DNA of 64,000 bases from the human T2T-CHM13v2.0 reference genome, Homo sapiens. The translations under genes were made by a program, and so were the position numbers. Below the pieces are notes generated by a model. The model saw only the letters and a program-made list of their open reading frames with translations, was not told where the DNA came from and did not search any database. The stretch lies in the NCBI GenBank assembly GCA_009914755.4, contig CP068257.2, positions 2,144,001-2,208,000 on the forward strand, given 5' to 3'. Shown one piece after another: positions 20,196 to 38,186 of this stretch; the first letter of the stretch is position 1; the number at the start of each line of letters is the position of its first letter.

Positions 20196-20368
20196 AAAAA
20201 ACAATTAGCCGGGTGTGGTGGCGGGCACCTGTAGTCCCAGCTACTCAGGAGGCTGAAGCAGAAGGATGGTGTGCACCTGGGAGGCGGAGCTTGCTGTAAG
20301 CCAAAATTGTGCCACTGCACTCCAGCCTGAGTGACAGTGTGAGACTCTGTCTCAAAAAAAAAAAAAAG
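20196..20368 (+). mobile_element. Alu right-arm fragment (or FRAM-like monomer) with A-tail
   Basis: Begins at the Alu linker/right monomer ...aattagccgggtgtggtggcgggcacctgtagtcccagctactcaggaggctgaag... and ends gactctgtctc(a)14. Confidence 0.7.
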
Positions 20369-20775
20369 ATCATACAAGGAGTAAATGATGATTTAGCATA
20401 AAACACAACTTGAGCCTAAAACACAGATCATAGGGCTCAAACTTTGTTATTTTATGGGATTATACTAACCAGTTAATATTCAAAATTTACCATTTCAAAA
20501 GAAGAAATATTGGTCTGGGAAAATTGCCATTGCTTATACAGAAGAATGGAGGAATCTTTTTGAGAACAACAATTCTAATGATCTTCTTCATCACTGGTTC
20601 CAAAACCAAGCCCATGGAAGGCCCGCATAGGGATAATGTGGAGAACATGCAAAAGAAATACACATCACCAGCTCCTCAACTCAGAGCTCCAAGGGAATGG
20701 CCAAGGAAGCTGTATTGTCCTAAGAAATTTGAGACTGTTTGGACTTACAATAAATCCTGCTCAATCATATGTATG

Positions 20776-20777
<2 letters not shown>

Positions 20778-20821
<44 letters not shown>
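20778..20821. repeat. (CA)n microsatellite, about 22 units
   Basis: Uninterrupted acacac... run directly read in the sequence. Confidence 0.9.
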
Positions 20822-20824
<3 letters not shown>

Positions 20825-23612
20825 GGTGTTGTCAGTGAAGCCTCTAACATTGCATCTTGACTGGACAGATTTGACAATTAAAATGGCTGGAAGAAAATAG
20901 GCTTCATAAGTGTCACTTACTATTCACATTACACATTAAAAGGACATCTCCTAAATTAAATCTTGTCTATGATAAAAAGGCAGAAAATCATGACCCAAGG
21001 CTCATTTATAACTGCAGAAATGTTCAAGATAGACCAATGCTTGCTATGTTTAGGAAGTGACAAGAAAGTACAGGTCTTTATAATCTACCATTTTGCCCCT
21101 TTTGATACCAGGTGACCTTCATAATGCAGGCTATAGAGAATTACAAGATTTGTCAGAGATTTCAGGTCTTTGGAAAGCTATGCTCTTTCACAAGAACAGC
21201 CATGGAAACAGGAAGAAAGTCAATTCCCACTTAAGGTAATCAGAATTTACAAATATTCCTTTCTTCATTGAAATCTCAATAGGCACTTCGATATTATATT
21301 TAATTAATTCTTTTGTTACAATCATGCATCACATAACAACATTTTGGTCAAGGATAGTGCACTTGTATGACAGTGGTGCAATAAAATCATAACACTGTAT
21401 TTGTACTGTACCTCTTGTATGTTTAGACACGTATAGATACACTTGCTGTATAGATATAAGTAAGTATAGATATACTTGACTGTTGTGTTACAATTGCCTA
21501 CAGTATTCAGTACAGTAATATGCTGCACAGGTTTGTAGCCTAGGAGGAATAGGCTATACCACCTAACCTAGGTATGTAATCAGCTATAGCATCTAGGTTT
21601 GTGTAAGTAAACTCTGTGATGTTCATACAATAATAAAATTGTCCAGCAATGCATTTCTCAGACACACCCCTGTCATTAAGTGACACATGACTGTATTAGT
21701 TAACACTATGGGAACTTCATGGGAAATGGACACTCTAGCTCCACCATAAATAGAAACTGTTTATGTCAAAAAACACATAAAAGCATAGTTGCAAGATTAC
21801 AATTCCTTCCAGATATTTCATTTAGTATCTCCACAGATCACTAACTTCCTGAATAGCATTCTTGTGTCTCCACTGCCTCACATTTGATTTCAGGTCATTC
21901 CATCAATTGTCAAAGACGCATCCAACATTAACTTTCCAACTACTGGTTTGGATTGTGTCAACATTGTCATTCTGGGCCACAACAACACAAAAGGCTAACT
22001 CAGTGAGGTAACATAGACACTGATCAGTGAGATTTTGCTGATGGGTGGTACCATTTTTTACCAAGATCAAGGGTATTCATACCTTCAGGCATCTAGATAA
22101 CATTGAAAAGGGCAGGTTCATAGATAAAAAGGGAAAGAGGAAGGGTTTTTGCAGTATATATGAGCTACCATGTCTCCTGTTTAACCTGAGTCTGAAGAGA
22201 TTCAAAGTGCAGGTGCCATGAATGCCTCTTTAATAGCTCCATGTCGATTGATTTTCTGGGCTACACTTCACAGCATTCAAATTGCTAAATGCATATAAAC
22301 TACTAGTGGATATTTATTACCTGGATTTGTGCTTCTGAGTGACCTTATCTATAGTTATGTGCTTCAGTGATCCAACTTGGGGTGCACTCCAAACTTTGAT
22401 AAATTAAAGACCCTGCATATTCCTTGAGTAATGCTACACTGACAACTGATTTAGTGAATGCCACTGTGAAAATAATAAACCTCTTGGTGAATATATTTAG
22501 ACATGTCTTGGAACCTGTACACATCTTAACCAGGGATGTTACTTGGTCTTTTTATGTTCAGGAGTGTCTGGAGATAGAAAAACATACAGGATTGTAATTG
22601 TTGCCTGTGAGACTAACAGAAAATTCAAGCTAGTGAAGTATGCTTATGCATGGCACACTTCTCACCAGCAATTTTAGGAAGTTCTACCCACAACCCATAT
22701 GTCTTTTGATATGTGGGTTACCTTGGAGAGAGAAAAAGAAACTCTGAACACAAGCATGAAATACTTTCGAATTTTATCTAGAGTTGGACTTGTCCAAAAG
22801 CTTTTGTATAAACTTGCTTGATGAGGAACTGTTGTCCACTGGTACCTTCACCGTACAATCCACACACAACCAAACTTCACAACTGGACACCTAAATTTGC
22901 ACTTTGTTTGGTAAAGTTGAATGAAAAATGTTGTCTTTTAAGCTTATGTTCTCTTATGAAAGCTGTTATTAGATTAATTTTACTCCAAGATATGCCAGTT
23001 AGGAAATAACTTCCCATTTAATTTCACCAGCTCCCTGTGGGTGGACTAATTACTCATACATCACACTTACTCTGGTGGTGAAATGCCTCAAAAGAAGGTC
23101 TCCAGAGTGTCGCTTTACCTAGAAGGACAAGAATGAAGAGACATAAAAATCATTCATTAAGAAGGAAGAAGATTTTCCTTGCCTAGATTTTCACTTGTAG
23201 GATCCAATTAATTTTATCACTTAATATTTTGTCCTGGTGGGCATTCACTTTACAAATTTGTAAGGTCAGTAGAAATGGAAACTTTTGGAAATCAAACTGT
23301 AAATGTTCTGTAGACGTTGACAGAAATAGCTATTTGGAGCTGCGCTTTTGCCAACTAGACACTCTGAGAAAATCTGTGAGAGGATATTTTCAGGAAGTCA
23401 TTGAACCCCCTAAAAATCAAGTTTATTGCTTTTACCATAAATATAAATAATTTATTTACTATCAACCACTTTCAATATTCGAATAAGTAACTTTATTGTT
23501 TATTTCATTGACATGATCTACATAGACATGCAATTTATCTTCTTTTGCGATACATTCAGAAAATTTGCTGCCTGAAAAAGCCATGTTTTGAAATTACCAC
23601 CTGTTTGATGAT

Positions 23613-23865
23613 TTTTTTTTTTATACTTTAAGTTTTAGGGCACATGTGCACAACGTGCAGTTTAGTTACATATGTATACATGTGCCATGTTGGTGTGCTG
23701 CACCCATTAACTCGTCATTTAGCATTAGGTATATCTCCTAATGCTATCCCTACCCCCTCCCCCCACCCCGCAACAGGCCCTGGTGTGTGACGTTCCCCTT
23801 CCTGTGTCCATGTGTTCTCATTGTTCAATTCCCACCTATGAGTGAGAACATGCAGTGTTTCATTT
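23613..23865 (-). mobile_element. L1 3'-end fragment, minus orientation
   Basis: Poly-T followed by atactttaagttttagggcacatgtgcacaacgtgcagtttagttacatatgtatacatgtgccatgttggtgtgctgcacccattaactcgtcatttagcattaggtatatctcctaatgctatcc...ttcccacctatgagtgagaacatgcagtgtt. Confidence 0.85.
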
Positions 23866-26249
23866 CCACTTAAGTATCTATCTCTATTTGTCCTTTATTT
23901 TCACTTCCATCCTAGCTCTATCCCTTGTCTCCTTCGTGTGTCTCAGGATAAGTGCCCTATAACATTTTATACTTCTGGAAACCCTTCAATATAATGTTAT
24001 TACATGTAAAAATAAAAAGTCTGTTTTAGCGAACTCTTTCTTCACAAATTATCTTTTCCTACTTCCCTATTAGACAATTTTTGTAGGCTCCATATGCTAT
24101 TAATTTATATTCACTTTTAGAAGAATTTTCATCAAAAGCAAAAGTCTTATGTAAATCGTTTATATGCTATTTGTACTTCTGTGTATATATACACGCATAG
24201 CCACATACATATATGTAACTCCAGAGGCCTGCCTGGACTGTTAAATAACTGTATTGAACAAGAGCAAGAAAAAGCTGTTCAAATTTCAAACAACAAGTTG
24301 AACTGAAGAGCTCACATCTTTGAATGAAATAGACACTAGTAGCCTTTAAAAATTAAACATTTCTACTGTTTTAAAAAATTATAGGCATCATAGTATGAGG
24401 AAAAAATGTAATAATCCTTTTTAATTCTTGCCATTTTATTAACCACGGACTCCTTATGCCCTGACTTCATTGGTACCCCTTTGAGATTAAACAGAACAAT
24501 TAATTTAAAATTCTGATAAATAAATAAATTACACCATTTACTTGAGGTACTCTTTCACCTTTCAAGAAATATTTTGAGAATTCATTAGCTAAATATTGCT
24601 ATAATGCAGGCTAGTAATAAATAGAAATAATGATTTCATTGTAAAGTTTAAACTAATGATGGTATGATCTGGAATTTTTGTTAACCTAGAAGACATAATT
24701 AGCTCTACAGGTGAAATGAAAGACAAAATCACTTCACATATTAGTAAAAAACAAATAATATAACTTTATAAGCTACTGCTGTTCTTTTGCTGTTAAGAAC
24801 CAATGACATCTGTAATTAGGGAAGATTATGGAAAGGTTAAAGGTGAGAATACATGCAGTCTATATACAGGAAACCCAAACTGTTTAGGTTAAGGAAATGT
24901 CTGCAAAAGTCATATTAATTAGCAGGTTCACAGGAAACTAACATTTATTGTATAAATTCCATGGTCAAATGTATTAGGGCTCCACGCACACAACTGTGCG
25001 CCATCTATGTTACCACACAGTGCTTACTTCTTTCAGTCTTTATTCATTTCTCTCCTAATGGTCTGTATGGTATTATTACATAGTTCTAAAAACCTTCCAT
25101 GAGGCAGAAATTTCATTTAATGATACAGCTTCAAAAATAATGAAAACCAGTAGAAACTTTCTATTTTTTTATGAAGCAGAATTATTGAATTTTCAGTTTC
25201 ATTTATTTAATGTTACAAGAGGACAAACATATTTCTTTAATTCCTTCTTGTTATTTTTGTCTAACATCAACCAAAGCCATTTCTTTCATTTGAAGGTGAA
25301 AACTGCTCATCAAAATCCAGTTTAAGCTGAGAAACAAAGAACTAAATTTTGCATGAGACATTATACACTGCATAAATATAAAACAGGACCAGAAACAATG
25401 GTAGATTAGCAATTTTTAAAAAGACAAAAGCAGGTTATCATCAAATCAATTGTTACCAACACCCCAATTCCACCTCTAGGCCAGAAAATTAGCCACTTAC
25501 CCACGGGAAAACAATGATTGAAGACAAAGTTCACCAGTGAAAGTTGGTTATTTTTTTCCATCCTTGCATCAACTAAAATGATATCTACAGTTCCTCTTAA
25601 CACTTTTCTTACTTTCAAATATGTGGGTATGCTTCATTAGCTGAGGCCATGTTCCATATGTACATCTGGCTACAAGGGAAACTGGGAATGTGAGCCCTGA
25701 TCCTAATGTTTGTAGAGTATTTAGAAGTTTGAGAATTCCCTCCAAATAAAGAGTTTTCTAAAACATTGTTAGACAAAAAGTTTGAATTACAAAATATGGT
25801 AGTAGCTCAGGTCTAAACCAAATGCAGGGAAAAAACTATTAACTCTAAAAAAATTAAATACACATTTGATGGTAATGAGAAACAGAAAACAGGCAGAAAT
25901 AGTAGAATACTCCACTAATGATGAAGTATTTGACCATTGAATAAAGAAAATTGCAATGATTTAAATTTGCATCAAGGCAACTTCACACCTGATGACGCTT
26001 CCCAGTCTGTGCAAAATTAGATGTCTACGAGTAAAGCGGTGAGTTTTACTAGCTTGAGGAATAAGAGCACAGAGTTCCAGGCTGACAGAAAAGAGGAACT
26101 GGGAAATTTAAATGACATGGGAGGACATCTCACACAACTGAAAGTCACAGAGGAGAATATCACAGAGTAAAAATCTAAAATCAGCACTTCAACTTCATTC
26201 AAATATATGATGGCTGCTACATTTCACATTCATAAAAGGAGACTCCATA

Positions 26250-29430
<3,181 letters not shown>

Positions 29431-29439
29431 TATCTTAGA

Positions 29440-30030
29440 TACTTTATACAAGTGGAATCATACAGTTTGTCCTTCTGTGACTGATTTACTTTACTTAGCA
29501 TTAATGTCCTCTAGGTTCATCCATGTTGCATATTGACGGGCTTTCTTGTTTTAAAGCTGAATAATATTCCGTTGTATGAATATACCACATTTTCTTTATC
29601 TTTTCATCTGCCAATAGACATTAACCTTATTCCCACATTTTAATTAGTGTAAATAATGCTGCAATGAACCTGAGAATCATCCCAATCTCCATTCTTTCAG
29701 ATAAATAACCTGAAGTGAGACTACTAGATCATATGCTAGTTCTAATTTCTTAATTTATTTGAGGAACCACCGTACTGTTTTCCATAGAGGATGCACAGTT
29801 TTACTTTCCCAGAAACACTGTAGAAGTGTTCCAATTTCTCCCCATTGTTAACACTCGTTATCTTTTTCTTTCAATAAGACCATTCTAAAGGGCTTGAGGC
29901 AATATCTCTTTGTGGTTTTGATTTGCATTTCCCTGATTAGTGATGCTGAGCATTTTTTTCATGTATCTGTTGGTCATGTGGATATTTTCTTTGGAGAAAT
30001 ATCTATTGCTGATTTAAAAAAAAAAACTCT
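29440..30030 (-). mobile_element. Ancient L1 ORF2 C-terminal/3' segment in inverted (minus) orientation
   Basis: ctttgtggttttgatttgcatttccctgattagtgatgctgagcatttttttcatgt is the reverse-complement orientation of the conserved L1 ORF2 segment. ttcatccatgttgcatattgacgggctttcttg... is the reverse complement of the ...catggatgaa... region. Confidence 0.5.
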
Positions 30031-32421
30031 CAGCAAGCTAGATAAAGAAATTTTCTCGAAGTGATGGAAAGCATCCACAACAAAACATATAAACAATACT
30101 ATATTTAATGGTGAAAGCGTAAATGTTTAAACCACATAGATTAGGACAAGAAAGGGATGTGTGTGTTCATCACCTCTATTCAACATTGTACTGGTGATCC
30201 TAGATTTTGAGTATAAATATTTAGGGGACAACTATTGTCACTGAAGCCCAAATCTTGGTCATCCTCAGAAAAAAAAAAAAGTTGATTAGGTTGTATATAA
30301 TCTAATTTTACTTGCTAATTTAATTTCTCTAAAATTGCAGCTTGTATCAACTCTAGAATTTATTGGGCACCTCCTAGGACATAAACACTGGAATTTGGTG
30401 AGAGACGTCAAATAGGAAAGAACCTGGCTCTGACATAAATTCAACACACGGAGGGGGACACATGTTATGAGACTGACCTGGCCTCTTCATCTCATAAAAG
30501 GGGTTCTTGTTGCTTGTAACACAGATTAAAACTATTTCAATTACATTCAAGATAAAAAGATTAGCAATGGTATGTAAGATGAAAAAATCACCCCGCAGGA
30601 AGACGAAAGTCTCACAAAAGGATATTTAAGCTAGCCAACACTTTGAAATTCGGGCAGAGATCGTGATTTCTGGGCGAACTAAAGTAGCAAGAACAAAGTA
30701 GAGGCTCCAATTCTAGGAAAAATGGGTCCTAATAAGGTTTACAATCCAGAAACTCAAGATATCCAGACAGAAGGATGCAGTCTCCGCTTTCAAGGCAGCA
30801 GCAGTACCTGGATTACTAAGCCAATCCCCAACACAATCATAAACACAAATTTGATTGAGGAAGAAGCTTGCCCACCAGAAGATTTAGGTTATTACAAGGT
30901 AGAATGTGATAGAGAAAATGAGCATGGGACTGGAAAGAAAAGGAGGTAGCCCCATGATTACAACTGGAATATATGTGTCAGCGATGGTGCGGAAATAAGA
31001 CTGAAGAGAGAGATCCTTAAACCCCACGTGCCTTACATCAGGACTAATCCTGGACACAGGCTGGAAAGCATAGCCTACAGGTGGTGAGGCAGGAGGAGTG
31101 GGCTCAGCTGTGAGAAGGAGAAGGAAATATGGCTGAAAACTAGATAGGGGTCTTGAAATCACACCGAGGATTTGGGCCTTTGCTGCTGTCTGCCAGCAGC
31201 TGCCAGTAGTTCTCACACTTTGGCTGGCAACAAAATCACCTGGGGCAGTGGTGCGGAAGCGGGGGGAGTGTTGTAAAACCACAAGTGACCAGGCAAAAAA
31301 CACCTGTATGTTTTCCAATTCAGTAAGTACAGAAATATTAATTGGAAAAAGGTGGAGGTCAGACATTGATAGTGCTGTGGACTGCTCCAGGGACGTAAGC
31401 ATGATCTTTAGAGAGGTGACTCTAATCAATTGAGGGCAACCACTGGACAGAAAGAGGTCCAGACCAACCATACACAGAGACATCATACAACTACTCTTTA
31501 GCAACCTCTCCAAATAACATGTCTCTTAGTGAAACTTGGGAGGTTGAAAGTTAAAAACATAAAATCCAGTGACATTTATGTATCCTAGGCACTTACATTT
31601 GTCTGATTCTTCCAACTTGCCTTTGCTTGGTTAGAGTTTTGGGTAGATAAGAGGTGGATTTACATGTGCTAGTGTGAGAACTTTGATACACTCATTTAGA
31701 CATTGACCTACTATCTTGTTTGAAAGCTAAAACCCAAAGAAATTTGTCTTTTTACATAAAACAAATTCAGCCCTTGCCTTCCTTGTAGATTACATCTTCC
31801 ACTAGCAGTAATAAAAAAGTAACAATATGCATAAGTCAAAGTATCTTCTTAGATCCTCTGTAGTGTTTTATTATTTAGTTGTGTTAATTAAAGTAACTGT
31901 CTCAAAATTTCAAGGAATGCCTGAGAAGAAATTCATGTTCAAAGGCTGCCCTCTTGTGACAATGTGTTGTATGCTTTACTGTAAAAGTAACCTTATTTTA
32001 CCTTATAACCTCTACAATCCAATTCATAACAGCATAAAAAGGAAACAAAACCTTACATAATTTTGAATTTTAAAAAGTACCTTGTTTATATGGCTCCTTT
32101 AGCTAATGAATAGTCAATTTGGTAAATATTCCAGTGAGTTGAAGGTTTGAATCTATCTCACTTAACTAGCTTGATGAATGTATTTCTAAACCTATACAAC
32201 CCACTCCTCTGCTTTTAAAAAATTAAAGTTAGCTGTAGATTGAGATGTCAGTGACACAGTTTATAGAACATAACTTAGATTGTCATCTACATTACTGTAA
32301 CTACAAATACCACCTTCAGATGGAAGAATAAGTTTTATCAGTGAACATCTCTAATTGAACTATAAATGGTGTATGTCTTCTGGTTTTTACAAGCTCTTGG
32401 TCTAACACAGGGGATATATGA

Positions 32422-32836
<415 letters not shown>

Positions 32837-35800
32837 TTATTCTAAGCCCACTGATGTAAAGGAATAGAAAGAAAAGGTTTGTTGGAAAACCTAATAACCT
32901 GCTTTCTGTCTTTTGTTTTTTAAAAGCTTGAGCATTTGGGAGAATTTGGAAAGATTGTGGAGTAAGTGCAAAGAAGGAATTTGTTAACAAAAATCATATA
33001 GGGTAAAATGAGTTTTTTCCAGGTTAGAAAATATCCACTCCCTACCCTCCTACATTCCTTTCCCATGGTTAAGAAGAGGAAAAAACAAAGGCTTCTTGGT
33101 GAGCAGTGGTGACTTAGGCAGTTTCTTAGAAATATTCTAGAAGGCATAGTCATCTTTTAAAAAAAAAATAGCTACAAGGATATGTCTAAGCAGAAGGGTC
33201 CATGGGCCAAATTACGTGTAGATTTTTGCATTCCAAATATGGTAAAGAAGAAGCAGGAAGCTGGGGCTCCTTAACAGGTCACACAGAAATGGACAAGGAA
33301 GAGGCCAGCAGCAGCTTGTGGGGACAAGATGTCAAGCCCCAAATGTTAAACCCACCAACCATCCTCCAAATTCTGGCTCTGTTTAACAAGGCTGTGGTCT
33401 GACACTACATGCCGCCTCAGTGACTAAAGCATAATTTCCCGTCTCCTGGGAGTGTTGACAGCTGACTCCTGGCAACAATACTCACAGCACAGTAAAGTTC
33501 CTTCATCCAAGTTCATGTCCCTTCTCAAGGCATCCCACATCCGAGAACTGCTTGGTACAGAAATATAATGGCCTGGTTTTCTTGCTCCAATTCGAGGTCA
33601 TTAGGTAAACTCACCAAGATCTTGTAGAGTGGACTGCGGCCATGATAGTGATTGCATTCCAGCCGACTTCCTGCTCCACCCAATCCTATTGCTTTCACTC
33701 TTCCACAGGTGTTGGGAATATCATTTCAACCTCCTTGCATGCAAATCTCCAACTCGGAGTCGGCTTCCTAGGACACCTGACTGGTGATATCTCTATCACT
33801 ATCACAGTACTTAGAGGGGAGCATCTTAAAATGATTGAAGGCTAACTGCCCTAACAGCACAGGCAGATGATGGCTTAAAATAGAATTTAAGTGGATTTAA
33901 AAAAACATGAAAAAAGTTGACATTGCACGCTCATATGAGCTTATGGATCAAACCATGTGTATGATTTCTAAGATCCCTCGTGCAGTATATATTTGCACTG
34001 TTTATAAATGACATCCCCTTGAATTGAATTCAGTGCAATTCAAAACAGTAATTTGTGGGAAAAATTAGATATGCAGATAGCCTGGACTCTAGAGAAGCAC
34101 ACATCATTTGGAGAATAATAGTGAACCGGCTAGTCTATGAGGGAAGAAAACAGAGTGAATATAGACTATTAGTGAACAAGGATATTTTCCCATGTATATT
34201 CAAATTAAGGTGAACTTCTTTAGAGAATTGTGCCTTAGAAAGAAAAAGTATTTCCCTATATTTGAGTCCTCACAAGTTTTCCTACGATGAGTGCTTTTGT
34301 GATTATTTTGAATAACAAAGTAATATTTAAAGAAACTCTCTTGCCCTGAATGTACTTTAATTTATGTCAATTGATGTTGCATATAGAGATCATCAGAGTC
34401 AAGCTACAAGAAAAAGAGGAACATAACTTAGCAAAGACTTAGAGGATTAGTCCTAATAGTGTGAAATCAAAATTTCAAGTGAGGGAATAAATGCAGCTTT
34501 TAATGATTACTTAAATGAAGTTTAACTCTAGCAGGATCTACAAGAAATTGGCAACCTTTGGCTTCAGTAACAGAAACTCAGGATATATGCCCTTCAGTGA
34601 GTTTGCATTCTGCATCATATTGAGAGACACTCCTTTAAACAGCAATAAGAAACTTCCTGTGACAACATAATAAATTCAAAAAGTTCTGTAACTCAGACAA
34701 TTTAGATAGAAGTGATAACTTTGGCCTATAAAGCCCTGTTCACCCTAAAGATGGATTAAACAATGAAAAAGATATTGATATCAAAAGTTCAATCAGTAAT
34801 TTGATTAAAGCATTTCATTAAATGTGATAATTTCTTAGTATATTATCTTACATATGCAATATTCATGTGTAACAAATTATATACAAGTAAACATTTGACC
34901 ATATTATCTGCAGCATAATTTACATATCAATTTACATATTCAGTTTTGCTCACATGAAAACTTGGATCTTCTCAATAAGAAAATTTGTGAAATCTTTAAT
35001 TCCTCATCCCCAGGAATGTAAATAAATAAATATAAATACTGTAAGTCAGTGATTTTTTCCTAGGAAGACAGTAAAAATACTTTACACGCCTTCTCATTGT
35101 AAACCTAAATAACAAACAGAGAAAGGCTCTCTAAAGGAAAAAGACACATCTTAGGGAGGAGGGCACTGCGATGGGAATATGCATGACAAAGCAAACTATA
35201 TAGATTCAAATGGTAAAGGAAGACAAGGTCTTTAAAAGAAAAATGATCAACCTGGAAGTATGGGGGAGTAGAAAAAAATAAATAAGGGAAAATGAAGAGG
35301 CTTCTATAATTGTTTTGATATAGTTACCTTTGACTATAAAGATCAACAACAAGGTCAATATCAGTTGAAGTTTGGGCAGGCGGTTGCTGGATAGATGTCC
35401 TCACAGAAGTGTATTTTGTGTAAGGTTGCTATGGCCTTTGTGCAAGGTTGTGGTTTTTGTGGTATTTTGTAATAGTTTTTATCAGGCCTAGAAGCATGAG
35501 AACCCTCTCTTCAAGGCCTTCTCTGAATCTATTTGTTCAGGTTTCTTCTTCTCTTTTTAAACATTAGTGACAGTTTTGATTCTGATAACTTTCATATCAT
35601 GATCCCTAATTTCAAAAAAAATTAAACGTGTAACTTATTTATGATGTATTTGATAGGCTTGGATTTGTGAATCACCTCTACTATCTATAGTGGTAGATAT
35701 ATCTGAGCCTGCTTACACAGCACTTCCATCAGATTCTCTCTTCAGTGGAATTGGAAGAGGGGGTTTGGGAGAAGGGAATGAAGGAATTGTGCTGCATCAG

Positions 35801-35847
35801 AGGTCCCCACCTAACAGCACAGGGCCTTTTTCTGTGCTCTTGCCAGG

Positions 35848-35895
35848 CCGTTGTATTGGCTGATGCAAAAGTAATTTTGGTTTTGTCATTGAAAG
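35848..35895. mobile_element. Possible degenerate half of a MADE1/Hsmar1 terminal inverted repeat
   Basis: tgatgcaaaagtaattttggttttgtcattgaaagtaatg resembles the MADE1 arm tggtgcaaaagtaattgcggtttttgccattaaaagtaatggc. Only one arm is present. Confidence 0.3.
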
Positions 35896-36294
35896 TAATG
35901 AGACCATCTGACTTACAATGTCTGTGCCATAACCAGCTCCTAATAGCCTCCGAGGACAGCTTTGCCCTGACATATACTGTCCTGGGACCACGTCTGCTTT
36001 GTAACTCCTGAGGTAGCTGCCACCATGACCAATGCCTTCTCATCTTTACTCTACATGCAGGTAACAGTTATAATTATATCTCTGTGTATTCACAGAACAT
36101 TTAGTACATCTGGGACTTCTACAAAATTTCCCTAGCTGATTTTGGTGTTCTGGGGTACTGGCAGCTCTAGCCATGAAGGGATGATGCTTTATCAGCATTT
36201 CTGTTGAGTTTTTTGCTTTTTCTCAAAAACTGATTCCACTTTTCCCACATACGTTTGACAATTCATTTGAACTCATTTATTCTAAACCCATTAT

Positions 36295-36485
36295 TTCTGG
36301 TCTATTATTTAATAGGAAGGGAGGCGAGGGATAAAAGATTACAAATAGGGTGCAGTGTACACTGCTCGGGTGATGGGTGCACCCAAATCTCACAAATCTC
36401 CAGTAAAGAACTTACCCATGGAACCAAATACCACCGTACCCCAATAACCTATGGAAAAAAATAAAAAATAAAGTAAAAAAGAGTC
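36295..36485 (+). mobile_element. Ancient L1 (L1PB/L1MA-like) extreme 3' end, plus orientation
   Basis: ...agggtgcagtgtacactgctcgggtgatgggtgcacccaaatctcacaaatctccagtaaagaacttacccatggaaccaaataccaccgtaccccaataacctatggaaaaaaataaaaaataaag resembles old L1 3' termini. Confidence 0.5.
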
Positions 36486-37029
36486 AGAAAGAAAGAAAAT
36501 AATCACTGTACTTCCCAAGACACTTAGAAATGGTGACTAGCATTATTTGTAAGTGTCACCTAATAATATTATTATTTTTTCTTTATGCTACAAACTAGCT
36601 CTGCTATTACAATCACTACTATTTGAAGTGTTACTAAATTAAATTAAATCTATTGTATCCTTCTGGACTCAGAAATGGGAGTAAATGCTAAGACAATTTC
36701 AGAATATGATCACATATTAAAAGCATATTATATGGGGAAAATTTGATTTTTAAAAAATAGAAATTGGTAGAGAAACAATTTTTGGGTCTTTAATTTACGC
36801 ACATTTTGCAAGTATGGACGCTGAATTTATTGTTCCAAATGATTGTTTTCAAGCATGTTTGTATAGAAAACAGCCTTGGAATAGAAAACCAGTACCTCCT
36901 TCTGGAACAAAGGAAAAGTTTATTTACTGTCTAGTATAATGCAGATAATTTCTCCCTCTTGGGAAGCATACAGCCAAGTGAACTTCCAATAACACAAGTT
37001 GGGGTTTCTTGAGCTTGGGTTTTTCTTCC

Positions 37030-37870
37030 ACAGTGTAATGTGCAGGTGCCACTTGGCTCTCTTTGTGTTATCCTGCGAAAGCTGATGGCTATAGGTGCAT
37101 GTGTTTATTTTGGGGTTCTCTATTATGTTTCATTGGTCTTTGTGTCTGTTTTCATATCAGTACCATGTTATTTTGTCTACTGTGGCCTTAGGGTATAGTA
37201 TGAAGTCAAGTAATGTGATGTCTCCAGCTTTGTTCTTCTTGCTTAGATTTCCTTTGGTTGTCTGGGCTCTTTAAAAATCCATATGAAATTTAGAATATTT
37301 TTTTTTCTGATTCTGTGAAAAACGACATTGGTTGTTTCATAGGAATAGTGTTGAATGTGTAGATTGCTTTTGGCAGTATAGCCATTTTAACAATATTGAT
37401 CTTTCTAATCCATGAGCATGGAATGGTTTTCCATTTGTTTCGAGATCTATGATTTCTTTCTGCAGTGTTTTGTAGTTCTCCTTTTAGATATCCTTTACCT
37501 CCTTGGTTAGACATATTCTTCCTTTATTTTATTTTATTTTGGGGGTTGCTGTTGTAAACAGGATTGCACTCTTGATTTACCTTTCAGTTTAAACATTTTT
37601 GGTGAACAGAAATGCTACTTCTTTTTATATGTTGTTTTTTTTTATCCTGAAAGTTTGCTGAAGTTTTTTTTATCAGTTCTAGGAGCCTTTTGGCACAGTC
37701 TTTAGGGATTTCTAGGTGTAGAATCATATCATCAGTGAAGAGAGATAATTTGACTTCATTTCCTATTTGGATGCTTTTTATTGCTTTCTCTTGCCTGCTT
37801 GCTCTGGGTAGGACTTGTTAAACAGGAGTGGGGAGAACAGGCATCCCTATTTTATTCCTGTTCATAAGGG
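37030..37870 (-). mobile_element. L1 ORF2 fragment, minus orientation
   Basis: Track ORF 37290..37514(-) reads ...[48 protein letters not shown]. This is the L1 ORF2 motif [35 protein letters not shown]. Confidence 0.75.
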
Positions 37871-38166
37871 GAATGTGTTGGGAGAAAAGCTGAGTGTTGG
37901 AAGAGAAGCTGAGGCAGGGCCATATGTTTCTCATTCACTTGATACACCATTTCCTTTCAACCCCCACATCCTCACCACCTGTTTCTTTGTTTGAGCACCA
38001 ACAAATAGCGTGGGCTCCCAGAGCTTGGGGACTTTGCAGACTCCATACTCGTGATGGTCTCCTGGTCCCACTTTCTCTCTCAAACTGTCTTTTTCTCATT
38101 CCTTTGACTCTGCCGGACTTCATCACCCCCATGACCTAGTGTTGGGTCTGATCACCCCAACATTCC
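37871..38166 (+). mobile_element. Partial ERV LTR (U5-like) immediately upstream of a Lys primer-binding site
   Basis: About 290 bp of non-L1 sequence ends ...gatcaccccaacattcc directly before tggcgcccaacatgggg. A full-length LTR is not present. Confidence 0.4.
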
Positions 38167-38183
38167 TGGCGCCCAACATGGGG
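38167..38183 (+). other. Retroviral primer-binding site complementary to the tRNA-Lys(1,2) 3' end (HERV-K type)
   Basis: tggcgcccaacatgggg versus the canonical HERV-K PBS tggcgcccaacgtgggg (one mismatch). Confidence 0.65.
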
Positions 38184-38186
38184 TGA

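Noticed and set aside
30884-31513. Longest ORF outside obvious repeats (209 aa, minus strand)
   Set aside because: It has no recognisable domain or motif and a low-complexity hydrophobic composition. No splice, promoter or polyadenylation context is visible, and it lies in AT-rich sequence that may itself be an old unclassified repeat. It is most likely a chance ORF.
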